64,000 bases of DNA, taken from the NCBI RefSeq assembly GCF_006345805.1, contig NC_042997.1, positions 171,492,001-171,556,000 on the forward strand. Reading direction: 5' to 3'. Both the position numbers and the translations under genes were made by a program. This document shows, piece by piece, positions 51,742 to 64,000 of the stretch; positions within the stretch are counted from its first letter, which is position 1; every line of letters starts with the position of its first letter. The DNA comes from Octopus sinensis (lineage: Eukaryota). The notes under the pieces were generated by a model. The model did no database searches. It was given only the letters and a program-made list of their open reading frames with translations, and had not been told where the DNA came from.

Positions 51742-52134
51742 CTAGCAGTATCGCCCAGCGTTGCTCAGGTTTGTTTTGACCCTTTAGAATTGAAATTTTT
51801 GAAAAGTAAAAATTTTGCATTATGTAGCTTGTTATTCTCTTTAAGTGAACATTTTCTGGTTGAAATACACTGAAAAATGGCGACACAGCAGTAAAAAAAA
51901 TCGTAAAAACATTGGGATCTTCATAGAAAAAAAGTACCTTTTTGATGTAAATAATTTTTGGTGTTAACATGGTCCGATTTGAATTTTTTCTCCTACGGAA
52001 GGAAGAGCAAGCCTTCTTCTATCATACTCTCAATTTTGGTCAACTTATGCCGGAGAGTCTCGGAGGAGATAGTGTTAGTTGAAGACTACCAAACCTGCCA
52101 TACACAGACAACTTCAGCTTTATATATAGAGAGA
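51742..52134 (-). mobile_element. Non-autonomous Helitron
   Basis: A|TCTCTCTATATATAAAG 5' end; 3' hairpin plus GATACTGCTAG|T nearly identical to 2995-3028, with a different interior. Confidence 0.88.
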
Positions 52135-52399
52135 TTAGTTAAGCTCACATTTTTGCTCCATATTCTGTCTCAAAGAGGACACATCTGGTGTCACATTCCT
52201 CTTCTACCTCTGAAGGATATTTTACTTAATATCATCTGGCATACAAATAGTGCGATATACCCACCCTTTCCAAAGAAGAATATTTTACTTACAATTATCA
52301 GCTAGGATAGTCTCCAACTCTCTGCTTAGAAGGCAATGTTTAGGGCAAGACAAAAGTAAGCTACTTTTTCCACTTTATAACTGAGTGCAAAAGAATAGC

Positions 52400-52797
52400 T
52401 TTAATTTACTCTTTTACTCTATTACTTGTTTCAGTTATTTGACTGCGGCCATGATGGAGCACCACCTTTAGTTGAGCAAATCGACCCTGGGACTTATTCT
52501 TTGTAAGCCCAGTACTTATTCTATCATTCTCTCTTGCCGAACCGCTAAGTGACGGGGACATAAACAAGCAATGCTAGGGGGACAAACACAGACACACAAA
52601 CACACACACACATACACATATATATACATATATACGACAGGCTTCTTTCAGTTTCTGTCTACCAAATCCACTTACAAGGCATTGGTCGACCCGAGGCTAT
52701 AGCAGAAGACACTTGCCCAAGATGCCATGCAGTGGGACTGAACCCAGAACCATGTGGCTGGTAAGCAAGCTACTTATCACACAGCCACTCCTGTGCC
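52400..52797 (-). mobile_element. SINE family A
   Basis: Full-length match. Confidence 0.88.
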
Positions 52798-53651
52798 TAC
52801 AGTTTAGGAGCAAAAGGTTAACAAACTTTCATTCTTTCAGCAAAATGTTTCATGTAGAGAATTTTTTTTTTGAAAGAATATTTGCAAAAGGCAAACATTC
52901 ATTTTTCCTCATTCCTGTTTACATCTTAAATAATATTTGCAAACATACTGTTGTTGTTTAGATTTCTACTCAGTGTAGTTAAAACATCTATGTTTTCTTT
53001 TAGTTCATGTTTACCTTTAATATTCCGAGTTTTAATTAAAAGAGTAATCTATTTTTTGTTTATTTTTCTGTGTGAAATTATTTTGTACATTTTTCAATTT
53101 TTTTTTAGGTGTGGCATCCTTCTAGATATGGCCATTTTTTTCATCAATGATTTGAAAGGAAAATTACACTTTGTCTATAAGTAAAATGCAAACCTTATTT
53201 TATCTTTTGTCTCACCTCTGCAAGAGGAGATAACTAACTATAGGAAGCTAATTGTATGGGGTCATTTTTGATGACATTTCTAGTGTATTTAAGTAAAATC
53301 TTTTTCTTCAAGAGTGAGTTGCAAACAAACATCTATTTCACCCGCAATGAATAACAACAATAATAACAACAGCAACAATAATTGTTTCTAATTTCTAATT
53401 TTAATTATTTTCAGTTTTATAATTGTTTTTAGGATATTGAAAGAATCTCTAAGTAAGTCGTTTGAGCTGCTAGAAATATCAACCATCCCTTCTTAAATCA
53501 CACCATACAGGTTTCAAAAGAAAAGAGGAAGGAGATACCAGATAATGTAATCTGTTATAAACTATTCATAAAAAAGATGGAATGGCCACAGCTGGATTGT
53601 CTGCTGAGTTAGACTTCACCTGGGGCTAAGCAACAGCAGTAATAATAGACA

Positions 53652-53886
53652 AAGGTGGCAAGCTGGCAGAAACATTAGCACGCCGGGTGAAATGATTAGC
53701 GGTATTTCGTCAGCTGTTACGTTCTGAGTTCAAATTCCACCGAGGTCGACTTTGCCTTTCATCCTTTCGGGGTCGATAAATTAAGTACCAGTTACACACT
53801 GGAGCCGATGTAATCGACTTAATCCCTTTGTCTATCCTTGTTTGTCCCCTCTATATTTAGCCCCTTGTGAGCAATAAAGAAATAAG
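53652..53886 (+). mobile_element. SINE B (tail i), the only full + strand copy
   Basis: GGCAAGCTGGCAGAAAC..GAGTTCAAATTCC..GCAATAAAGAAATAA. Confidence 0.9.
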
Positions 53887-54149
53887 TAAATAATAGACAA
53901 AGCCTCAAATTTGGGAAAGTAGAACAATATGAAGTGTTTTGCTCCACAACACATTGCCCAGTCCAAGAATTGAAACTGTGATTTTATAATCACAAATGAA
54001 ACACTCTAACCACTAGGCTACATGCCTTCACTCTCAGCTAGGTAGTGATATGGTAAATCTAAAGCAACAGAATATGTGAATCACACCTCATTGCTTGGCT
54101 GACAACCAGTGTTGTGTCATAGGTTAGCTCCATGATAACATCCTTCATC

Positions 54150-54565
54150 ATCATTGCTCGACCGTAGTCGAGACAATGGAATCTACTATGTTAAACCAGA
54201 CTTCATGGTCCATCATAGCATTATGGAGGTCCTGTTGCTGGATGCCTGTATCCCTGGAGATTACATCAGGGTAGGAGAGTGTGCACCGTCTGGTATCGCA
54301 AGTAGATGGCTTCCAGAGGAGAAGAGTTGAAATTGCCTCGTTTTCAGATCTACAACAATGTCCAGCAAACTGGACTCTCCTACCTTTCACAAGAGATGAT
54401 ACAGGTGGTAGTTTCCCATATATTTGTATTTTGGTTGGATGACGCTTCCACGAGAGATTTTGAGCTCTCATAAGGAGGCAAGTGTAAGTTCCATCCAACT
54501 GCCTCTCAAGCTTCTTTGATAACATCCTTAGAAGTATACTAAACAACAGCAACCCTGAAAGGAGA
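54150..54565 (-). mobile_element. RTE-X-like LINE 3' end
   Basis: Open frame LDGTYT.LLMRAQNLSW..LPPVSSLVKGRRVQFAGHC..SIVSTTVEQ* then (TGA)n. Confidence 0.8.
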
Positions 54566-54724
54566 AAAGGTTATATCAGCCTTAGTGAGATTTGGAATCA
54601 GAGCATGTAAGAACTGAAAACCACAAGTTATTTTGCTCAATTTCTTTACTGATTCTGCTACTTACCACGTTCAGCTATTGCTACAGCAGTGGCTTAAAAT
54701 ATAGATTTCTAACGTGAATATCTG

Positions 54725-54950
54725 CATCATCATAATCGTTTTAGCGTCCACTTTTACATGCTTGCATGGATCAGATGGGGTTTATTGTGGCAGATTTTCT
54801 ATGACGAGATGCCCTTCCTCTCACCAACCTCTGCCTGTTTCCAAGTAATGCAAATAAATCCCTATAGCCATGCATGTTTTTGCAGAATATTGGAAATGAA
54901 TGACATTCATTTATAACAATCATACAATGGCAAGACAAGGATACACAAAT
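54725..54950 (-). mobile_element. Family F copy
   Basis: Reverse complement of the RTE-type tail. Confidence 0.65.
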
Positions 54951-56848
54951 ATATGCTCACTCACACTCAAGCACTCCCACACACACACACACGATGGACC
55001 TCTTTCAGTTTTCATCAATAAAGTCCACTCAAAATGCTTTGATTAGCTCAGGGCTATAATACAAGACACTTACTCAAAGTCTCAGGCAGTGGAATTGAAC
55101 CTAAAGCCATGTGTTTGGAAAGCAAACTTCTTAATCATGCAGTCAAGTCTGCACATATGGGACCACAAATTTTGGGGTATTTTTTTATATACCATGGCCT
55201 ATTCCCCATTTTTTTAGGAGGGAGTAGCCACAAGACACACACCAGGCATTTCATTCATTTCCCAACTCAAAGAGGCACACCCTGTTCTATGTTTGGGTCA
55301 AGGCATAGAACGCAACCCTCAATATCAGCAGTGAAACCTGACAGTATATGCTGGTTTGCCCCCACCACATTATGCTGATTCTGTACCCCTTTGAGCAACA
55401 TCAAATTCACTCATCTGTCCACAAACACTCTCCAAGCTTTCCTATCATTTATAAACTCTCTTCCCTCTCTCACTCCAAAATCTCTAACCACCAAAGCTTT
55501 CCTCACTCCATCCATCCACACAAAGTTTTGGGTACAGCTGAACAAATCAAACCCTGTACTTGATTGATAACTTCATTAGTCCCCTTGGAAAGATAATAGG
55601 CTGAGATGGCATTGATGGGATTCAAAATCAGAATCTACCTACCATATTTGATAAGTAGATTTTGAAGGTGTAATATGCACGTTTTTACCAAAACAAGTCT
55701 CAAAAAAACTCCCTGGGTCCTATATCTATGTTAAGTTGGGCCTCTCTTAAACTTTAATGCACTAAGATCATTTATTTCTTCTGAAAATGTGCTGCTGAAA
55801 TTGAGGTGCCTCTAATTTTGCTCATGCTTCTTTTATGCCATCAAATATGATAATGATCACATGGAATTTTATTTGAATCTCTAATAGTTCAACTAATCTG
55901 CCACCTTTGCCTATATTTTAAAAATTATGGATTGTTGAATTTTTTTCTGATAAAAAAAAAATAATAACTACATTATGGAGATATTGAAAAGTGAAAAGAA
56001 AAAATATATGAATTATCTGGCTGAAATATTTTGTTTTCTTTTGAAAATAAACAAACCAAAATATTCATTGTTAGGTTTAACACAGATTACACTTCAATGA
56101 AATCATGAATCTTTAGTGATTCTTAATAGAAGAATTTCCTTTTTTTTGTTTTTTGGTGCTTCTTCAATTTCACTAATAAGTGATAATAAAACTATATTAT
56201 CTGCAAGATGTTATGGTAGTACAGATAATAGAGGAGCGTTCTCAGGCCAAAATAAATTGCTATGTCTGGTTATAACATTTCTAGTGTTTTCTCAGAAGTG
56301 ATTGGTCCTTGCGGGAAGATGGCCAAGTTAAGTGAAGTCATAACTGAAAATTTAATGTTTAGTTTGGTAAAACAGTTGAACCTGGTAATCATAGACTTGA
56401 AACTGGAATAAAATAATTTGATGGAATCTTTGCAAAACCTTTTGCAGTCTTCCAACAAATACATTTGTGCCAAAAAGAAAAGACGTAAAACACACATGCA
56501 CATACATGAAACAGAACAGTATCACCCCTAAATTATCAGCGTTGCTGTCATCATCATTATTATCATCATCATCATCAATGTCATCATCGTTGTTGTCGTT
56601 GTCATCGACATCATTGTTGTTGTTGTCATCATATCATCATCGTCATCGTTGTCATCATCATCATCATCATCATCATCATCACCACCACCAAGGGGACAGT
56701 AACACACACATACACAAATACACATACACATATACACACACATATACATATATACATGTGTATCAGAAATTAGACTGACAAAGAAATTTTAAAAATTTGT
56801 TATGAACTGCATTAGCTTACAGCTGTTTCTGCCATAAGATGACTACTT

Positions 56849-57454
56849 GAGTCTCACCCTACAGCTTCATCAGAGCTTCAAACATGAAGTGCAATTTTAT
56901 ATGGGAAAATATATTCACATATATACACAGAAAAACATTACCTATCGCTGTGTGTATAGGCGTAGGTATGGCTGTGTGGTAAGTAGCTTGCTTATGGACC
57001 ACATGGTTCTGGATTCAGTCCCACTGCATAGCACCTTGGGCAAGTGTCTTCTACTATAGCCTCTGGCCAACCAAAGCCTTGTGAGTGGATTTGGTAGACG
57101 GAAACTGAAAGAAGCCTGTTGTATATATATATATATATATGTATGTGTGTTTGTTTGTGTGTCTGTGTTTGTCACCCCAACATCACTTGACAACCAATGC
57201 CGGATTGTTTACATCCCCATAACCTAGTGGTCGGCAAAGGGGCCGATAGAATAAGTACTAGGCTTACAAAGAATAATTCCTGGGATCGATTTGCTCGACT
57301 AAAGGCAGTGCTCCAGCATGGCCACAGTCAGATGACTGAAACAAGTAAAAGAGTATACTTTTCTGTGTGTACATATGTAAATAAATGTAAATGTTTTCCC
57401 AAATAAAATAGCACTTCATATTTGAAGCTCTGATGAAGCTGTAGTGTGATACTC
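56849..57454. mobile_element. Foldback element split by a full SINE A (56959-57353, +)
   Basis: Arms 56849-56934 and 57358-57454 are reverse complements. Confidence 0.8.
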
Positions 57455-57665
57455 TAGCATGCAACTGTAACTGTGTTGCATCTTATAACAGAAACAACTG
57501 CAAGGTAATGTAGTTCATTATATAATCGTCTATTCCTTTGTCATTCTAATTTCTTATCCCTACTTTGTACTCAACTGTTGCCTCATTTGAAGCATACATA
57601 TATTGAGTCCTAACACGAGGTTATTATTATTGCTGTACCTAATCAAAATGTTAAAGTACATGTAC

Positions 57666-57708
<43 letters not shown>

Positions 57709-57714
57709 AGCTTA

Positions 57715-59937
57715 GCAATGGAGGGACCAGCTATTTGAATTGACAGTACCATGGTAGATAAAGCAATTAAGGTATGAAAACAGGGAAAGCCCCCAGCCCA
57801 TCAGGAATTACTGCTGAGATGCTTAAAACATCTGGTGGTGTAGGCTATAGTCTAGTCACCTGTATAGTCAGCCAGGTGATACATGAAGGAGTCATACCCA
57901 ATGAATGGTGTAGCAGCACCATAGACAGCTATTACAAAGGTAAAGGTGGTGAATTAGATAAGAATAATTACAGAGGTATCAAATTGTTGAATCAGGTAAT
58001 AAAAGTCACGGAGAGGGTCATAGCCCAACTAATTAGGGAGAGCGTCAGTTTAGATGAAATGCAGTTTGAGTTTGTGCCAGGGAGAAGCACAACTGATGCT
58101 ATATTTCTGATAAGACAGCTGCAGGAGAAATTCCTAGCCAAAGATAAACCTCTGTGCTTGGCTTCATTGACGTGGAGAAAGCCTTTAACAGACTCTGCTG
58201 ATCCCTTACCTGGTGGTTAATGCAGAAACTAGGGACATATAAGTGTTGGTGAGAGCTGTACAAACCATGTACAGGGATGCTGTCAGTAGGGTGAGGATTG
58301 GCAATGAGTATAGTGAAGAATTCCGAGTAGAAGTAAGGGCTCACCAAAGATCAGACCTCATCCCCCTCTTATTCATTATAGTCCTCCAGGCAATAACAGG
58401 AATTCAAGACAGGCTGCCCCTGGGAGTTTGTCTATGCTGATGACCTTGCTCTAATAGCTGAGTCACTACCAGAACTAAAGAAAATGTTTGAGGTGCAGAA
58501 GCAAAGCCTAGAATCAAAGGGCCTTAGAGTCAATGTAGTAAAAACCAAAGTCTTAGTAAGTAGGAAGGCAGACAAATCATAAATCCCTTCGGGTAAATGG
58601 CCCTGCTCGATCTGTAGAAAAGGTATAGATAAAACTCTATAAGATTTACCTGATGTAAGCTATGGACACATAAGAGATGCAGCAATATCAAAGGAAGGAA
58701 AACTGGGAAGATAGTTTTTATGTGTGACAGATGCACAGGACAATAATCACTGAAGATGTCAGGAAAGATTCCATCACATGCCAGGAGAAAAAACTAGAAG
58801 TAGTTGGTAGCTTCTGTTACCTAGGTGACCAAGTCAACAGTGGGGGGGTTGATGCACTGAGAGCATAGTTGCTAGAATTAAAAATAACCTGGGAAAAGTT
58901 CAGAGAGTTTTTACCTCTGCTGGTAACAAAGGGCCTCTTGCTCAGAGTGAAAGGCAGACTGTATGATGCTTGTGTGTGAACAGCCATGCTACATGATAGT
59001 GAAACATAGGCTGTGACTGCTGAGGATATGCATAGGTTTGAAAGTAATGAAGCTAGTATGCTTCACTGGATGTGTATTGTCAGTGTGCATATACAACAGA
59101 GTATAATCACCCTGAGAGAAAAGTTGGACATAAGAAGCATCAGATATGGTGTGCAAGAGTGATTGCTGGACTGGTATGATCATGTGCTGTGTATGGATGA
59201 GGACAGTTATGTGAAGAAGTGTCACACCCTAGCAGTAGAGGGAACCTATAGAAGAGGTAGACCCAGGAAGACATGGGATGTGGTGGTAAAGCACGACTTT
59301 TGAATGTTGGGCCTCACAGAGGCAATGACAAGCAGCCAAGATCTTTGGAGATATGCTGAGCTTGAGAAGACTCGGCAAGCCAAGTGAGATCATAGCTGTG
59401 GCCAATGCCAATGTTGCATAACTGGCCTGTTGCTGGACAATATGCTGTGCTTGAGAAGACTTGTTGAGTCAAATGAAATCATAGTCATGGCTGATGCCAA
59501 TGCCACCTGACTGGCACTCATGCTGGTGGCACATAAAAAGCACCATTCAAGCATGGCCAGTGCCAGTGCTACCTGACTGGCTCCTGTGCAGGTAGCACAT
59601 AAGAAACACAAATTGAGCATGGTTGATGTCAGTGCCACCTGACTGGCTCCCATGCTGATGGCCTGTAAAAAGCACTATTTAAGCATGGCCGATCTCAGTG
59701 TCACATGACTGGCATGTAAAAAGCACCATTGGAATGTGGTCGATATCAGTGCCACCTGATTGACTCCTGTGCCTGTGACATATAAAAAATACTCACCACA
59801 CTCTCAGAGTGGTTGGCATTAGGAAGGGCACCCAACTAGAAACCTTGCCAGATGAGATTGGAGCCTGGTGCAGTCTCCCGGCTTGCCAGTCCTCAGTCAA
59901 ACCATCCAATTCATGCCAGCATGGAAAGTGGATGTTG
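57715..59937 (+). mobile_element. 5'-truncated RTE LINE: RT, PHD-like insertion, C-terminus and 3' UTR (pseudogenised)
   Basis: MKTGKAP, NYRGIKLL, QFEFVPGRSTTDAIF, YADD at 58433-58444; 3' UTR tandem units at 59495-59790; multiple frameshifts and stops. Confidence 0.92.
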
Positions 59938-59949
59938 ATATATATATAT

Positions 59950-60180
59950 ATTATAAATTTGTAAACAAACCTGAAGGCTGTAAATTACAGGGAAGAGTGA
60001 CAATATAGATCTTTTTATAGTAACTGCAATAACTGCAACTATATATTATTTATGCTAATAACATATGCTCCATTTGGAACAACTAAATCTAAAGAATTCG
60101 CTGAAAAAAGACTGGGAATTGAACATGGCATCAATGCTTACACGGCTCCGTATGCACCCAATTCAACCACATAGCCCACC
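59950..60180 (-). mobile_element. Putative tRNA-headed SINE (family G); tail duplicated at 60238-60385
   Basis: Minus-strand head GGTGGGCTATGTGGTTG..ATGTTCAATTCCC; body 59955-60095 repeated directly 283 bp downstream. Confidence 0.5.
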
Positions 60181-60427
60181 CATCAATTTCAGCTAATTTT
60201 AATCTATAGATAATTTTAGTCTAGTATATATATTTTATAAATTCATAAACAAACCTGAAAGCTGTAAATTATGGAGAATAGCCACCATATAGGTCTTTGT
60301 ATAATAATTGCAACTATATATTTTACTAACGATATCTGCTCCATTTAGAGTGACTAAACCTGAACAATTTTTTCAGCCAATTGTTTAGGTTAGTCGCTCT
60401 ATATGGAACATACATTATTAGTATAAA

Positions 60428-60763
60428 CCTTACTGTAATGGTTGTTATGTCCGTCTGTCTGTTTGTGTGTCTGTTCCTTCTTCAGGGTCAAATGGCTGGA
60501 CAAGTGACCACGATGTTTTTCAGGATTATGAAGGAGGTAATCAGGAAGGTTTTAAGCAAAAAAAATGTGAAAAAGTACGATTATTTAGTGGATGCTGAGT
60601 TTTGTATTAATAAATCACCTTTGGTTATTTTTGTGTGTTAAAATTCCAGCAACGAGGATTAACTCTGGATTCCACTCCACCTCCTGTATCGATTGTGAAT
60701 TTAGAGGGTTTAGATTTGTGATACTATCCCTTTATTTACCATCATAGATGGGCAGATTTGCTA
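60428..60763 (+). mobile_element. Helitron unit 1 (non-autonomous)
   Basis: 5' end homologous to 60764 onward; 3' TAGATGGGCAGATTTGCTA homologous to 62215-62234. Confidence 0.65.
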
Positions 60764-62234
60764 TCTTACTATAATGGGCATTATGTCCATCTGTCTGTCT
60801 GTTTCCTTGTCTGTTCCATCTTCATGGCCAGATGGCTGGACCTATGGTTATGATATTTTTCAAGATTACAAAGACAGTTGTCAGGAAAGTTTTTAGCATA
60901 AAAAAAATCAGAAAGCATGATTATTTCGCGGATATCGATTTTGAATTGATAAACCACCTTCACATTTTTATTAAATGTGAAAATCAAGAGTTAATCATAG
61001 TTTACTCATGATTTTCATTGTCTAGTTTGTGGCCCTATCATGAGAACGGCTAATGAGAACGGGGTCATGAGAACGGTTAATATTGAAAATAAAATGGAAA
61101 GTGTGTGCTAGTATATAGTGTGTGCGATTTTTAGTGGTTATTGAAGTGGCTGTTGTTTACATCTCAGTTTTGTCAATCAAAATAATCAATGGTACAAGAA
61201 CATCCAGACATTTGCATAGAACAGTGAGAGGTAAGTCTTAGTTTGATTTCTTACAACCCTAAAGATTCCACTCACGCATTCACAGCAAACAAGGCACAGG
61301 GCCAGACTTTAGATTGTGTAGGCGTACATTTACTCACTTCAATGTTTACGCACGGCCAGTTATATGTCATTATGAGTAGAGCAACAGACTCCAGTAATTT
61401 GAAAATTAGAGTCGACCAAGCAGAAAATATTGTCTACAAAGAAGTTTTATAATCATATTGATATTATGGAAAGGAATATGATTCATAATTTAAATAAGGA
61501 AATTTGTGGTCTTTGAATGTATAAGCATATAAACAAGCGTAAAATAGTGTAGACAACTAAAATAAAAGTATATCTAAATAACGGAGATGTACATGCAGAG
61601 CAAGTGACCTGATCTGGGATCATGTGCTGAATCAAAAACAATTGCAGCATGGAAGGTGTTTATAAGCCATTTAAAAAACACACAAAAACCGTTAGATTCA
61701 TTCCAACATTTAAATTTAATTTGTCAAAATATTTTCATCACTTTGTGGCCACAACCTGTTCACTCACAGAATTTTGTCAGTGAACAGGCTGCAGTCTCAA
61801 AGCAACGAAAATATTTTGACAAATTAAATTTAAATGTTGAAGTGAATCTAACAGCTTTTGTGTGTTTTTTAAATGGCTTATAACACCTTCCACGCTGCAA
61901 TTGTTTATCTAAATAGCATTTTTTCTTAATACCTTTTATGTAGTGGTCAAAGGAAGGTCTGGCTTTCGTTAGGAGTGGTCCACATAACCATTCATGATAC
62001 AGAGGCTGGGAGCTTATTTCAGTTTTGGGAGTGAATCTTCATTACATGTCACTTGGTCACAAACACATGTCATATAGCTGCAATAGAATGCTGTATCATC
62101 AACAATAATGTGATTTCTCTAAGACATCACTCAGTAATCTATCAAACCCCATTTATACATTTCTCAATACATACTGCCGTTATGACTTCCCTTCCTCATT
62201 TTATACCTCCCTTGTAGATGGGTAGATTTACTAG
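60764..62234 (+). mobile_element. Helitron unit 2 with a Pif1-type helicase remnant (61243-61452)
   Basis: TCTTACTATAAT 5' end; AFTANKAQGQTL..FTHGQLYVIMSR..NIVYKEVL*; CTAG|T at 62231-62235. Confidence 0.75.
61636..61906. mobile_element. Foldback MITE nested in the Helitron
   Basis: ~129-bp arms; 14-nt loop at 61765-61778. Confidence 0.85.
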
Positions 62235-62439
62235 TTATAATTACAGTTATATATATATATATAAGTTCAGCAAACAATTTAGATTCAAATGAATATGGTA
62301 CTTAATTTAGATGCACCAAAATTTTTTATGGTGTTACCCATAAAAATATGCGGGGTGATTATAATAAAAGATAAGCAACAAGAATGAATCCGGTAATTTA
62401 GATTCATTCTTGTTGCTTATTTTTGAGTATATATATATT

Positions 62440-62985
62440 TGTATTTCCTTTGCAGCAGCACACCTGTTTCTGTCTTCATTCCTGAGCTCTCTCTCTCTCT
62501 CTCACCCTCTCTGTCTCTCTCTCCAGCCAGGTAACCTTGTATCTCCTCTACAGCAAGACACCTGTTTCTGTCTCTCTGCCTCACTATAACCTTTCATCAT
62601 CCGACACAAGATCACCTCCTCCAATGCCTCCTCCACTCTCAAAAGAATTTTCTTTTTTGTCTTGCAAGTACTTGGTGACCCTGTTAGAGCAGGTGCCACT
62701 TAAAAGCACCCAGTCCACTCTTTAAAGTGGTTGGCATTTGGAAGGGCATCCAGCTGTAAAAAAAAACCTTGCCAAATTGACCTCGCCTATGCTTGTGCCA
62801 CATAAAAAGCACTAAGTCCACTCTGCCAAGTGGTTGGTATTAGGAAGGACATTCAGCTGTAAAAATCCTGCCAAAACAGTTACAGAAGTCTGGTGCAGGC
62901 TTCTGCCTGGCCGACTCTTGTCAAACCATCCTACCAATGCCAGCATGAAAGGCAGATGTTAAACGATGATGATGACGATTATGAT
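62440..62985 (+). mobile_element. Family E, longest copy
   Basis: Duplicated module plus RTE-type tail and (GAT)n. Confidence 0.8.
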
Positions 62986-63008
62986 GATATATATATATAT
63001 ATATATAT

Positions 63009-63281
63009 AATATAAATTAGAGATAAAACCACTATTATGCAATTTAAACAATGATTGACATAAACCAAAACATAAATAACAAATAAAATATATTTTTATA
63101 GAAAATATAACTAAATCACAAAAAGTATAAACGTGAATAATCAGTATTGATTATTCATTTTTATACTTTAAGAGACTAGTTATATGTTTTTTAAAAATAT
63201 ATTTTATTTGTTATTTATGTATTGGTTTATGTCAATCATTGTTTGAATTGCATAATAGTGGTTTTATCTCTAATTTATATT
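63009..63281. repeat. (TA)n-flanked AT-rich palindrome
   Basis: Arms pair across a 4-nt loop at 63144-63147. Confidence 0.88.
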
Positions 63282-63358
63282 TTATATATTTATATTGTGA
63301 AATTTGATTTAATACTAAATTGAATTTTTCCCTGTAAGTTTGGAGTTATACTCACTAA

Positions 63359-63414
<56 letters not shown>

Positions 63415-64000
63415 TATTATTATTATATACACACACACACATATATCCTTTAAGCTCATTTACAGGAAATGTTTTGAATAAACATGTAAAAGCTCCTACT
63501 TTATTGTGCCAGCTACAGTCTAATGGTGCCAACTAATAATAACAGTCTTTTGCACCAAGCTGTGTCTATATAGCACACACACACACACACATTCACACAC
63601 GCACGTGCGCACATGCTCACACAGAGAAGGTGGGCTAATTTCAGTATCAAATTCACTCATAATGAATTGGTTGACTCGATGTCATGCAGTGGAACTGAAC
63701 CCATAACTATGTGGTTGGGAAGCTATTATCTTACCACATAACCACATCTGAACCATGAAATATGAAAAATAAAGAACTTGCTTAATGTTTAGAGTTTTGA
63801 TAAACCCAGCACTCCCTCAAACTACTCTACTTCCATATTAGAAGGTAAATGATATTTCTTCAGAAAATCTTTAAAATAAAATGAAACACACACACACATA
63901 TTTAATAATAATCTGTCCCAAAAATTATACACACACATACACACACACACACATACACACTCACACACACATACATACATACATACATACATACATACAT

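Noticed and set aside
52150-52330. Minus-strand micro-exon pair (ELETILADN / VEEECDTRCVLFETEYGAK)
   Set aside because: Splicing them together creates an in-frame TAG; each alone is too short to support.
56849-57454. CACTA/EnSpm assignment for the foldback (CACTACAG in the right arm)
   Set aside because: Arm homology extends beyond the motif, the left arm reads CCCTA, and no 3-bp TSD is evident.

Overview
AT-rich eukaryotic (animal) non-coding DNA made almost entirely of transposable-element remnants and microsatellites. The SINE/LINE repertoire looks like an octopus/coleoid cephalopod genome (inferred from remembered repeat consensus sequences, not from a search). No intact host protein-coding gene, tRNA/rRNA gene or CRISPR array can be supported, and most long ORFs in the track are microsatellite artefacts. 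Recognisable content: Dong/R4-type RLE retrotransposon fragments, all on the + strand and mostly next to (AAT)n; RTE, RTE-X, CR1/Jockey and Tx1 LINE fragments; several tRNA-headed SINE families; Helitrons, including a head-to-tail tandem with a helicase remnant; Tc1/mariner, piggyBac, hAT and Merlin remnants; Penelope-like ends with hammerhead-like cores; and at least six long palindromes. The best candidates for something undescribed are a ~550-bp non-coding element that sits in AAT arrays like Dong/R4, a Tx1 fragment embedded in (TCTA)n, and a duplicated micro-exon-like block. Coordinates of degenerate elements were set by eye (about +/-20 nt). Those given with TSD/TIR evidence were counted base by base.
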